A stretch of 64,000 nucleotides of DNA, from assembly GCA_051362555.1 (NCBI GenBank), contig CM120642.1, positions 27,714,001 through 27,778,000 of the forward strand, in the 5' to 3' direction. The DNA comes from Lingula anatina. Lineage: Eukaryota; Animalia; Brachiopoda. Under the pieces are notes generated by a model, which made no database searches, was not told the DNA's origin, and saw nothing but the letters and a program-made list of their open reading frames with translations. The translations under genes were made by a program, and so were the position numbers. Shown one piece after another: positions 38,295 to 50,210 of the stretch (its first letter is position 1; each line of letters begins with the position of its first letter).

Positions 38295-41200
38295 ATGTAT
38301 GTTTTAAGATGTGTACATGTGCTACCGTCAAAAATTGGTGGTGCGTTGAAAATAAGTACACTGGTTATTGGGGCACTACTAGTTATTTCTTTCTTATTGT
38401 TTCCGGATATCACACAGATCGTTGGAGAAACCAAACCAAAGAAATGGGTGCCGACTGATTACCCTCAAGCTAGGCATGGCGAGGAACTCGGCGTTCTTCA
38501 AGGTGATAGCCAACTGACAGATGCAGACATGATGGAGGACCTGGGATCAAAGAGAATGAATGCAACCGACCCTAGATTATTGAAGCTCCTCCGCGAAAAA
38601 TGGCTTCTTGCACCCTCCAAACGTCCCTACCACTTGGCTGAACCACAAAAAGTACATATGTCTCAGGTTGGGCAATCAAAAGCAATTGATAAGCTACTGA
38701 AGCAAAGAAAGAACGGTTTCTTTGTCGAGGCGGGAGCCGCGGATGGTGAACGTTTATCTAACTCGTTGTTTTTTGAGAGATTTCGGAATTGGACGGGAGT
38801 ACTGGTAGAAGCAAACCCATGGGATTTCGATAAGTTGACTAAGAAACACAGGTAGGTGCGTTTTCTTTCAATATCACATAGTTTCCAACTAACAAACATC
38901 TGTCACACAAACCCACTCCCGTGTGTTAGATTATTTATTAGCCTATTATGTAATGAAAGGCTTGATTTTTGAATAATATTATCTATAATCTACTGTATGA
39001 CAGGTGTGGTTTCTAACTAATTCTCCTTTGACGGATCGCGATTGTTCAAGGACAGTTGCTGATCCATCAGTTTGTTTCCCTAAGCTAGTCAAATGCAAAA
39101 TAGATGATTATATGATAACGTCATCCCTAATATGAAACGAATCTGTACAGTATTTTCTATAGAAATCTGTCATTTATTCGAATTAAAAAGTTTCAGCTAG
39201 TCAAAATTAATACTTTTGTGTAGCATGCATTGTACATCTATTTAGAGGAGTATATCAAAGAATAAATCTGATTCAGAACTTTATATTTACTGTGTTTTAC
39301 GATCTTATCTAACACCAAAACAAAAACCATCTGATTTTACATCAAAATAAGTTCATTTCATTTGAAAATGATACATTAATGTTTAATATTTATTCTTAAT
39401 GACTTAAATGCTTCGTGCAGCAGGCAAGCACTATTTTTTGACATTTTCTTATTATTCATGATAAAATCAACTTTCTATTCAGAAGTGTTAATCAAAAGGA
39501 AAATAAGCTGGTCAATGTTTAACATTCCTGCTAAATTTTGCCACACTACTAAATGATTAAAACATTCTAGGGATAATTTCTATATCTCGTGAATGAAAAT
39601 ATAATCTGTGTCTAGAAATACCATGATATTAGAGATGATTTCCATTGTTTGTTTTACTTGTAAGAGATAGAATTGTTTAACACCATAGGAATTGTTTAAT
39701 ACCGAGATAATACACTACCACTCCTGAACTTGGGTTAGCCAATTAAATCAACCTAAAAATAAGAAATCACTTACCAAATTTAGCAAAATATGTTGGCATC
39801 ATAGCAGAGAGAGTGAGGAAATGTACAATGTGCTTATATTATAAGATTCTTGTACTTTATTAAACATACCGTATTTTTCTCAACAACAACATAATCTTGT
39901 TTATGAGAATAAAGTAAACGTCATGATAAAACCGGTCACCTCCTCTGTAAAAATAATTTTAGGCCTTATTTTGACATATATCCCACTGCCACGGGATGAC
40001 AGTTGCCCATGAAAATCCTTTCTTTTTCACACAGCTTCCCTTGCATGCACAAAGGGGGGGGGGGTGCTAGAATCGGATGAGGCATTCCAATGAGAGCTGA
40101 CGCGTGAGGTATGAACAAGACATATTCGTAATAAATGTTCTTGCTTTGTCTTGCAGTTCTTCAATGTTCTATTCACATCCCCAATTTACACGATGATAAG
40201 TTGCCTAGTTATTATTTAATGGGTACCCTTGAAGAAATGTGCACAACGTTCATTATATTTTGCTAGGTGATTATATTTTGTTACATTTAGTGTAAAAATC
40301 AAGGTCTTACCAGAAAGATGTTGCAAAATGAATCTTTATGTATTTATTTGGGTATTATCCCATTTTTTTCATAGTTAAATCTTTTGCAGGCAAGGTGTGT
40401 TACATTTAAAACCACACTCAATCATATATGACATCTGATAACATTAAGCAATAACTATGTATGAAGTAAACAATTTAAAGGGGATTTTGAGAAACCAGTT
40501 TAAACAGTTTAAACAAGAAGAGGCGTTTGACATGAGTCATGTGAACTTACTGTTACAGGATGATAATGCTACTCCACGTACAGCCCATGTAATAATTGGC
40601 TGGTTTTTTGCGGTACCAGATCCAGACCCCCCCCCCCCAACTCCGAATCTCTCAATCGCTGTAGGATATCGCGGTCTTCCTAATCGGCGATTGAACTGAA
40701 TCACAATCTCACTTGTAACACATACAAACACATATATTTGCCCTGTGTTATATATATATATATAATTATTATTATTATTATGCAAATATTGACTGTTTTG
40801 CATTGGCGTACACAAAACTGTCATAATTTTTTTCTCGGGAAAAATATGACATAAAAAGTACATATTTTATTTATACTATATATCGGAAATATTGTCTCCA
40901 ATAGCCCCACATACATTCTTCCTGCTTCCTTTACGTGCAGTTACAATTTTGTTCTATCTTTATATAGTTCCACATCACTTTATTCTTATTGTTTACTTTT
41001 GATATTTTATTTTTGATACAGGAAATCAAATATCATCAACGCTTGCCTGTCTCCGATACCGCACCCAGCGCGAATGGAATTTAACTATGCCAATAGGTTA
41101 GGTGGCATCAGTGAACTGGGTCACAAGTTTCCAGACTCTAGAGGAAAAGGCAAAGGACTAGTACAGTGTTTCCCAATACACTCCATCCTTGCCGCACTTG

Positions 41201-41460
41201 GCGTCAGCCACGTGGATTACTTCTCCCTGGACGTCGAAGGGGTCGAGGAGGAGGTTCTCCAGACATTCCCTTGGAAAGATATCATGGTGGACGTGTGGAC
41301 GGTGGAGTATGGTGTCTTCCGTGGGAAGGGAGGAACGGAGGAAATCCGGCGCAAGACAGAAATCAGGAAGATCTTCCAAAACACAGGGGTGTACCAAGAG
41401 ATAGATGCTCCTAGATTAAAACAGGATTTACTATTTGCTAGAAAGGAGATACTGGCCTAG
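38295..41460 (+). CDS. FkbM/Methyltransf_21 (Star-like) methyltransferase, copy 7 (intact)
   Basis: Exon 1 38295-38851, exon 2 41022-41460 (TAG). VEAGAADGE and GVLVEANP motifs; variant DYFSLDVEGVEEEVL. Confidence 0.88.
40455..40700 (+). mobile_element. Degenerate Tc1 DDE fragment in the intron of copy 7 (paralogue at about 29860-30070 in copy 5)
   Basis: LLLQDDNATPRTAHVI resembles the Tc1 'QQDNAPxH' motif. Confidence 0.5.
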
Positions 41461-42456
41461 TAAAGAAGGTGTTGCTGACTTGGCCATCCCCAAAGCTGAA
41501 CTCAAACATCTCCCATATAAACTTTGGTTGTCTGATCGCGTCATGTCGAATTCAAGTCAAACCCCGAGTTTCAGGGGACGTTGGGAAGTTCCTTCTCTAC
41601 ATTCGATTATCATTAATGCACTTTCACAAGTTACCATCATTAATAACCTACCAAACGTCCAAAACCTTTGCCTGGGAAACCTGAAATATCCTAAATGACC
41701 GCAAAGGTCACAGAAATTTACACCCGTGCACATAAAATGGCCTTGTCGATTTGGCTCTTACAATACAAAATAAACTCCACTTTCAAATGCAGCTTCGGAA
41801 TTAATGTATTTCAAACGGTAATATTCTACTTTAAAGGGATAACAACTGTTTGTTTTGGCCAAATTGGATTTTCCTGGGGTAAACGACGATTTTCCCATGA
41901 TTACCAATAGTTACTGAATCTGTTCCGACATCCAAAATTAGTCTGTTTTAAATGTTTTTTTCATAAAAAATAATCTCTTAAGAGATAATTACGGAGGCAT
42001 AGCTATCTATGAAAGTCCAAGTGGTCTGATGGAAAGCATAGATTCCAGATTAATTGTGATAACCGCTGTTTTGGTGGTAAAATGGAATGCATAAGTGTAT
42101 TTATTAGGAAATATGAACCCAGATGAACAGTTGTCATACTTCTTATCAGAACAAATTTTCAAGGTGAATGTTTGCATGAACTCCATTTAGCTAACCCTTG
42201 GATTTTGATTCAAAACGGATTTTCCCCGCCAAAAGGGCGTTTCTCCCCCCCCCCCCCCCACACACCTTTCTACGGGCCTGTATATTGATCAGTATTGTGT
42301 TATTATAACGGTAAAACAATTTAACCCAGAAAGCCAAAGCAAACTTTTGCTTCCTGCTTTACAGACCCAGTGGAACCCACATGTCAGTCTTCTTTTCTTC
42401 ATGTTATTCTGCAATTTAAAATAACATCACAAAAAGAGGCGGGATATAGGCTTTTA

Positions 42457-42656
42457 CGGCCCCGTCACACTAGAGGCGGAATGAGCACGAATCATTCCAG
42501 GCGGACTCAAGTGCATTCTGAGTATTCCAACGGCATTCTTACAAGAATTGAGGTGAACTTGAAATTTCTTCCCGAATGTAGAACGAATTTGAAAATTCTC
42601 CATTCCGGCTGGTTCTGATTGATTCCTGCTGATTCCAAATGCGTGTGACGGGGCCT
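42457..42656. mobile_element. 200-bp PIF/Harbinger-type MITE with TTA TSD
   Basis: TTA-cggccccgtcacac ... gtgtgacggggcct-TTA. Empty site 'ggcttttaagaattac' in paralogous flanks (about 9220, 27570). Confidence 0.82.
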
Positions 42657-42784
42657 TTAAAAATTACTAGCTCGCACGTGAGCCGAATGCGATATTTGAG
42701 TGACGTCGTGTCATGTCTGGCTGCATTGTTATTCAGATTAGTTTTTAGTGACAATCACTCAGACAGCTAGGAAGGTAGTGGAAG

Positions 42785-42868
42785 ATGGCGACAGACGAGG
42801 AGAAAACTGTCATACTGAACACACTTTTGAAGGCAAAGACATCTCCAGAAGGAGTGAACCGGTACTTC
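42785..42868 (+). other. Possible first coding exon (MATDEEKTVILNTLLKAKTSPEGVNRYF) at the right edge of the array
   Basis: aagATGGCG start context, 28 open codons and a GTAAGT donor at 42869. Paralogous copies at about 9395, 13520 and 20033 have early stops. No downstream exon identified. Confidence 0.3.
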
Positions 42869-43016
42869 GTAAGTAGGCCTACAGTTGATATGTTTCTCAT
42901 TTACCAGTTTCGGTTTTAGTTTATCGTCTTGACAATGAGATGCACGTGGACACTATAGGCTATCTCTCTATTTAGCCATTGGTCATGGGCCTTCCACTTA
43001 TAATGGCTAGTCGGTC

Positions 43017-43183
43017 CAGGCCCATAGCCAACATTTTCAAATGGGAGGAGGGGTCTCTTTCTTAAAAAGTTAACCTTTTACCATGAAACCTTCATGTACC
43101 TAGATAAAAATTTACCCAGAGGGAACCTTTCCCGGTAAAAGGGGGTCCTTTCGAACCCCCGAACCCCCCTGGCTACGGGCCTG
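43017..43183. mobile_element. ~167-bp MITE (CAGGCCC.TAGCC TIR), 5-bp TSD CGGTC
   Basis: cggtc-caggcccatagcca ... tggctacgggcctg-cggtc. Same family at 58311-58477 (opposite orientation) and a 3' half at about 46760-46829. Confidence 0.8.
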
Positions 43184-43596
43184 CGGTCATTGGAGCAGAT
43201 ATGGCAATGTCAATCTCGTTATTCGAAAAAAAAAGGTTTAAAAGCTTAAGATAAAATCGATATTATCCGAAATGTGCGTAATATGTTTTGTTATCGAATA
43301 ACAAATACATGGCAATAGTTTCAGAAAAGTATTGAAATTCTACGCCAAGTTACATGCAGTACTAACCAAAGGTCTACACACACTTAACCTCGCACCGTTA
43401 TAATATCATTAAGTTATATCAGTATATCGAGACTGTATAAATAACACCAACGTTGTGCGAGTCAGAAAATGATCACATTTTGGTGATAATGATTCAGGTG
43501 ATAATGAATAAAAGAATCTTCCTTAAATGGCAATTTTTTAAATATTTCCAGTGGCAAAGGAACGCAAGAGACGACGGGCCCGTACTAAAAAAAAGA

Positions 43597-43640
<44 letters not shown>

Positions 43641-44879
43641 CAGTGGATAAGATGACCAGGACTAAAGTTGATGCACAGATATCTATGTCTCCCTCTTACA
43701 GTTTTTTTTCTTCACTGAGATCTCATTGCCCAGATAAACATTGTATTACACATGATTTTCAGTAAGATGCGGGTCAAAATAGTCGACATGTTTTCGTGAT
43801 CTCAGTTGAAGGCATTGAATTGCGTTTACAAGGTTTAATTATTTAAAAACTATAGTCTAGGGCAACTTTATCATGATGAGAAATGCGCTGTAATGGAAAA
43901 TTGCCTTGGTTGGGTCTCGATTCTCTTGTTACACCGTTTTTATCTCCAGCAATTATGTTTGCACCTCTGATTGTCAGTCACCAGTCTATCTCAAAAAGTG
44001 GATGGTTTTAGAAGAAAGTTTCGAGATAGGTCAGAAACGGATCAATTTAAGGTTAGATTTTGCTAACGATCCATTAATTAATGGTGAATTTTTAATTAAT
44101 TATTTGCCTTGGTGGAGGTTAGCCACTATCTGGGAGCTTTTATGTTTTTTTTCTGGGAGCGAAAGGTTGGTGAATGGGGGTTAGCTCAGAAGCCAAGGGA
44201 GGCGGGTTGCATGTGACCGCTGAGTCCTTTCCTTGACCGTCTTATCGTGTTAGAAGGCACCCACGTGTTAAAATTGAATTTCATCACCACGAGAATGTGC
44301 TTTAGAGAGATGTATGAAATGTCGATAGACATATATAAATATCGATAGACATATATAAATATATATTTTAATATATTTAAATATATATGAAATGTCGAAG
44401 ACATTGAATCTCTGTTAAAGTATAAATATTTGGGTTCACAAAACCATACATTTTTAGCCGGTGACAGAAAGTCATTATCTCTTCTAAGAGATTACCAGTG
44501 CTTATTCCACACTATATCACCGATTTAGCTAAAAATTTGACTTGATTAAATAATATTGGCTGAAACAAGTACGTTTACGTGAGTCATGATGATTATGTTT
44601 GCAGTTCTTTCCCGTGTTTTTGTTTTGTGATACAGCTAGGTAAGAAGGTTTTGATAAAGGTGATTTGCTTTATTTTGTTCTATGCCCCCCTTCAAATATA
44701 ATTTTAACAGCATTATGTTGGCATAGTATTTTGAATTGTGTAGATTACTAAAAACATTACATTTGCCTTATCCAACTGATTAAGTATAATAAAATCTATT
44801 TTTTGATGATCATAAAAATTGTTCTGTTCTTTGATATCATAATTGAAATCAGCCGTCTTACCAGCATCTTCGTTTTGCA

Positions 44880-45045
44880 GTGTGTGTGTGTGTGGAGGGG
44901 GTTTCTAGTCGCGCTGACTGTACACATTTGTTGTATTCTTGTAGCACAAGGTATTCGGCGTGGACCTATGGTGGGACTCGATCCGACGCCCCCTTGATTC
45001 AGAGTCGGGCAATCCCCAGACGCCTCTACACAGGCCCAGCCACCG
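44880..45045 (-). mobile_element. Possible tRNA-derived SINE fragment
   Basis: Minus strand shows an anticodon-arm-like cgactctgaatcaag and B-box-like ggatcgagtccc, ending in (CA)n. No complete cloverleaf. Confidence 0.35.
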
Positions 45046-45906
45046 TTGATGAAATTTCTTCTTACAGCGACTAACTTGACACAAGGTGGTTTTCGTGAAT
45101 GTTCTACATTCTATATTTGTATTAACTTATAACGCGTTGAAACAGCCTAGACAGAAAATCTAAGTTGTCTGTAAAAATTGTGCCCTTGCTTCCGTTGTGC
45201 AAATTCAAACACCAGCGCACCTTAGCGCAAATTACGTTTGCGATATTTATGAAATTTATTAATTTTTTTAATTTTGGTAATCGTATTTCGACTGTGTCCT
45301 ATTACCAGAATTTGGAATTTTCACTCAAAGGCAATTCAACTGCAGAGTGTTCACTTTCTTTCCTTTCAACAAAATATAAGCATTTCATACCCCCCCCAAA
45401 AAAATAAATAAATAAATAAAAACAAATTAATAAACGGTAAATATTAAGTGAATAAAATTAAAGAATCTATCTCAGATTAATTGCAAATAAGACGCCTGGA
45501 TGAGTTTATAACAACTGCTTTTAATTAGTTTGATTTCAAACACAAAAGCAACGCTAAACAGCTATATACATTTACACGGGCTCCTACCATAAGCTTGCTG
45601 GATGTCCACTTAACTAAAGCAATCTACACAATTTTACTGACATCCGCAAACCAATTACTCCAACACACGTACAAATATCATATATTAAGCACATTTTAAA
45701 TATCAAAATGAACAGACATGTTCAATACATGTACATCGTACATGAAAACAGCTTATCGCTTAGTATACTGTCAGAAAAGGAACCAATGTACATGAAGCGC
45801 ATTCTATATTTTATACCTATATGACCTACAATTACCGTGTTTACATGGGTGTACACTGACCACAACATGCAGTCACTTAGTCCACTACACAGCTTAAGCA
45901 TTTTAA

Positions 45907-46239
45907 AGGGATAATAACTCTTTCTTTCGGCCAAAAAATGAATTTTCCTGGAGTAAACAACAATTTTCCCATACTTACCAATGGTTAATGAATCCATTTT
46001 TACATTCAAAGATAGTCCCTGTTTTTTTCTTAAAAGTTTTTTTTGTTAAAATCTCTTAAGAGATTTTAACAGAGTATAGTCATCAATGGAGGTCATGTGG
46101 TCTAAAGACAAGCTCAGATATCAGAATAATAGCTATAACTGCCGTTTTTGTGGTAGAACAGAATATATTATATTTCTATGAGTTATTCACAATGTTTTTA
46201 TTGTGAAATATAGATCTCATACGAAGAGTTATTATCCCT
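45907..46239. mobile_element. Kolobok-like MITE, independent insertion with perfect TTAA TSD
   Basis: TTAA-agggataataactc ... gagttattatccct-TTAA. Another copy at about 49724-50042. Confidence 0.78.
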
Positions 46240-47133
46240 TTAACCTTCATTTTCCATGCACAGAATCCCCAAAATACCTGTGCAAGTTTTTACAATTCAA
46301 TGAGTATCCCCTTTATTCTATCAGAGGAATGTCTCCTATACAATACAATGCAATAAAGGTGTCCTGCAATAATGCCCTAGTCAGCCATAACCATGAGGAA
46401 CAAAACCCAGATAAAAATAAATTACAGCCAACAGCTTCCAATTAAATAACAGAACTACAGAAAGCCCTTTGAGCATTATGGGAATTTGTGGATAACACAA
46501 ACACAAGGATATGATATCATATCATATCAGAATCATAATACTGCAAGGGTGTGGTCAGATGGCATTAATAAAGAAAGAATACTGACATTTTGAGGTACAT
46601 GTATCACACACAAATGGACAACACTTAGGAAAAACACACACAACCACAGGGAGCATGGATAATGAGCCTTGTTGTATACCGTTGAGCCATGGGGCTACTG
46701 TTTCACATTACTGCTGTTCAGTACAAGGTGCTATTTGAGCATCTATATTTTTTTACTTTGGATTTTTCGGTAAAAGGTTCATTTTTTCAGAAAAAGAACC
46801 CCCCTTTGAAATTGCTGGCTACGGGCTTGCATACCATTTGTCACGTTAATAGATAAATACTTACTTACTTACATACTTAAACTTCTTAATAAGGGAAATT
46901 TGTTTACTACCCAGGTTTCACTAACACATCTGTACATGCATCAAGAAAATATGATTAAGACACTAAGTGTGGCAATACCCATCACTTCTAAATATACCTT
47001 TTCTTTTATAATGGCTATAATACCAAGTATAAGAAGGACCCCACATCCATTTATTGAAAATTCACATACAATCACATCCAACCCTAAAAGTACATGTTAC
47101 TTATCCATTTTACTACTGGCAGCAATGATTCAC

Positions 47134-47202
<69 letters not shown>

Positions 47203-47261
47203 CTGTTATTGCAAAATATTAATGCACATAACCATAGTCTGACACTGTGTATTTTTACTGC

Positions 47262-47760
47262 AGTCCTTTATAGAAGTATATATATTGATGCACCTTGAAA
47301 GATCTACATTATAGTTGTTAAATCTAATCCAAGCTTTCGGCCCCTTTGCCTTCTTCGGGGATTATGAACAAAAAGTAAAAAACAAACCCCTAGGATACGT
47401 GACGTCGGTGGTGTGTTGAAGACATGTGATGGCCCAAAAGCGTGCTATACGTAATCAACACCAAAATTATGTAACAAAGAAAAAATCAATACTCATTTAA
47501 AAAACTATTGTCCCTATTGAGTCCATTACTCAAGGTGTCTAGTGTTATTATAAATTTCTGTTCGGCGATCCGTCTTTGCCTAGTGTCGTTTAATCCTTGT
47601 CGCCAAATGTTTTGATTCACTGTAATTTCATAAATCACTAATAAAATCAACAGATGCATATGGAATTATTGTGGAACATTTATTGCATCGTGTCACCTAA
47701 CATGGTGCAAGCCACACCACTAACTCCCGCTCTACCAACTCACGCGTTCAAGACCGGCCA
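47262..47760 (-). mobile_element. Penelope-like retroelement 3' relic (GIY-YIG endonuclease C-terminus + terminal repeat)
   Basis: Minus strand 47620-47486 reads VNQNIWRQGLNDTRQRRIAEQKFIITLDTLSNGLNRDNSFLNEY*, matching the GIY-YIG 'R..E..FI..L.T...GLN' end of Penelope-like ORFs, followed by a hammerhead motif. Confidence 0.7.
47325..47364 (-). ncRNA. Minimal type-I hammerhead ribozyme motif (Penelope-associated; variant core)
   Basis: Minus strand UAAUC-C-CCGAAGA-A-GGC-AAAGGG-GCC-GAAAGCUU-G-GAUUA. Stem I UAAUC/GAUUA, stem II GGC/GCC, GAAA box, palindromic AAGCUU in place of stem III. Confidence 0.55.
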
Positions 47761-47821
47761 CATCATATTACAACAATAGATCGTACTGAAAACTTTTAAA
47801 CTGGGTATATGTTCAGACTAG

Positions 47822-48412
47822 TACCGTACATTATAATACAATTAAGAGATAATTTCAACAACATCCAAACATTGGGGTATGCGAATGGTAAGACATAAAA
47901 CATACAAATAAGCAATTTGCCGAGCACCTATAAATATGTTCAAGCAATAAAATTAACTTTGTCTTATAAAATAAAGGAAGTTCGAAAATGGCGTGAAGGC
48001 GTCAATCCATTTGTGGGTCCAGAGTCAAACTTTTGACTTTTCACCTCCTCATCATCTTATCTTAATAAGGTTAATGTCTTTCAGTCCTGCCCAAAAACTG
48101 TATATACAGGTTCATACGTATTAAAAGTACGTACATTATAATACAATTAAGGTATGACTTCAACAACATCCAAACATTAAAGGATGCGAGCCGTAAAACA
48201 TTAAAATAAACAATTTCCCAAGCACCTATAAATATGTTCAAGCAATAAAATTAACTTTGTCTTATAAAATAAAGGAAGTTCGAAAATGGCGTGAAGGCGT
48301 CAATCCATCTGTGGGTCCAGAGTCAAACTTTTCACCTCCTCATCATCTTCTGTTAATAAGGTTTATGTCTTTCAGTCCTGCCCCAAAACTGTAGATATAG
48401 GTTCATACATAC
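47822..48412. repeat. ~300-bp direct tandem duplication
   Basis: cgtacattataatacaattaag...ggttcatac at about 47825-48118 and 48130-48408, with a near-identical core (aagcaataaaattaactttgtcttataaaataaaggaagttcgaaaatggcgtgaaggcg). Confidence 0.8.
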
Positions 48413-48701
48413 CAAAAGGAACTTGCATTTTTGTCCTGAAACACAAATTTAAACATTTCATTAAATTTCGTAGGTCTGTCTTATTATCAAGTTGTATCTT
48501 TGATACTTTTGTATGTTACGATTAAAGATACTGTGAGCATTTGCCATAAACTCCTTATTACAGCCTCACATATATGCCTTTAGAAAACAGATAAATAGTC
48601 AGTGTTCACCCGCAAGAAAACGCAGTAGATCGAATCATGCAGTGACCCAATTTATAATATCAACATTTACACACCTCATCTTACGAGTGAAGAAAGGTTA
48701 T

Positions 48702-49710
48702 TTTTGATATTTGATATTTGAATGACTTTATTGGGTACATGATTATATACAAGAATTTTAAAAAAGCATAATAAAACAACTTACAACTAAGAGTACGACA
48801 TCACTTTAAAATAATGCAAAAATAAGATTGTACCCAAAAGGGTTTGCCTAAAGGGTCAATGACCCATGAATGGACACCCCCAATGATATACAAATAATAA
48901 AATATATAAAAAACTCTACTTAAGTACTAAAAACAACAATGTGAACATCTAAACACGACAATGTGTACATCTGCAACGACCCACCCAAGTGCAAACGTTC
49001 TCGGGGTCAAAACGCTCCACCAGAAGAGTACTATAGTGCTCTCTGACGGATCGTCTAAACATTGATCTGCCAACCCCTGAACGTGTGCAAATGGGAAGGG
49101 CGTTCCAGATGGGAACAACGCGATTGAAAAAAGACCGGCAAAACGTTTCGGTTCTACAGAAGTTGGCACTGTGGATGATAAAATTGTCTCCCCTTCTTTC
49201 TCTAAAATACAAAAATTTCGTATGATCAAGGTCAGTCCTGCCAATAAAACAACTATGCAGAAAGGTAACGTCTAAAATTTCTCTTCTATAAGCTAAAGGC
49301 AGCAAATTTAAAGCAACCAGTCTGTCTTTATAATTCATCTGGTTACCCAGTATATGTCTTGTGGCAGTTCGCTGCACCCTTTCTAGTTTTATTAAATTTT
49401 CTTTTGTAATGTGATCCCAAGATACCGAATTAAACTCAAGCTTTGAACGTACTAACGAATCAAAAAGAGGCTGCATTAACCTTGGGTTCCTATTTCTGTC
49501 AAACACTCGCCTAATAGTTGCCCATGTCTGATTTGCATTCTTAACAATGTTATTTATATGTGAATTAAAAGTCAACTCGCTACTAACGGTAACTCCTAAA
49601 TCCCTTACGTCATGTACCTTTGTCAGAGCATGTCCAAGAATGTTATAATAAAATACAGTTATGTGTCTAAATAGCATGTGGAATTGCTTTTTGGGGTTGG
49701 GTACCACGAG
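48702..49710 (-). mobile_element. 5'-truncated CR1/L2-group LINE (end of RT ORF2 + 3' UTR)
   Basis: ORF 49707-48949: VRDLGVTVSSELTFNSHI...SLVRSKLEF...LERVQRTATR...YKDRL..LNL..L..RR...SFFNRVVPIWNALP. AATAAA and (ATCAAAT)n tail at about 48702-48732. Confidence 0.85.
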
Positions 49711-50210
49711 AAATCAAAGTTAAAGGGATAGTAACTGTTCATTTGGTAAAAAAATGGATTTTCCCGTTGTAAATGACAATTTTCTTATACTTACCGTTGA
49801 TTAATCCTTTCCCACATTCAAAGTTGATCCCTGTTTTTTTCTCAAAAGTTTGGTTTTTGCAATATTTTCTTAAGAGATTATTACAGAATGTAGCGAGGTC
49901 TCGTGATGTGATTCCAAGCACAAATTCCAGAATAACTGCGTTAACCGTTGTTTTGGTGATAAAATATAACTTATTTTATCTCTATGCGTTGTTTACGAGG
50001 TTTTTTTTTAAATATGAATATCTTACGAACAGTTGGTATCCCTTAAAGGTCTTTTTATAAGTCATAATGTTGGTTTGCGGATAGATTTACAGTTCAGATT
50101 AAAAAAGACATAAAACATATAATGAAGAATTTAATATAATTGTTTTTAAGTGAATGGAGATTGTATACGTACACTGCATAGCACCTGTCAACCATTCCCA
50201 GCATACTGCA

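Noticed and set aside
9856-41414. Recurrent antisense and alternate-frame ORFs over the FkbM exons (e.g. MFPNTLHPGRTGRQPRG…, …YLCFLVILSK…)
   Set aside because: They are shadows of the GC-rich, duplicated coding sequence; their recurrence reflects paralogy, and lengths and stops vary.
9872-41460. Horizontal transfer of bacterial FkbM genes
   Set aside because: The genes have a spliceosomal intron and a type-II TM anchor and match the widespread invertebrate Star-like family; nothing here requires recent HGT.
44962-45045. tRNA-Gln-like sequence on the minus strand
   Set aside because: No proper acceptor or D stems and a mutated T-loop; at most a SINE head, not a tRNA gene.
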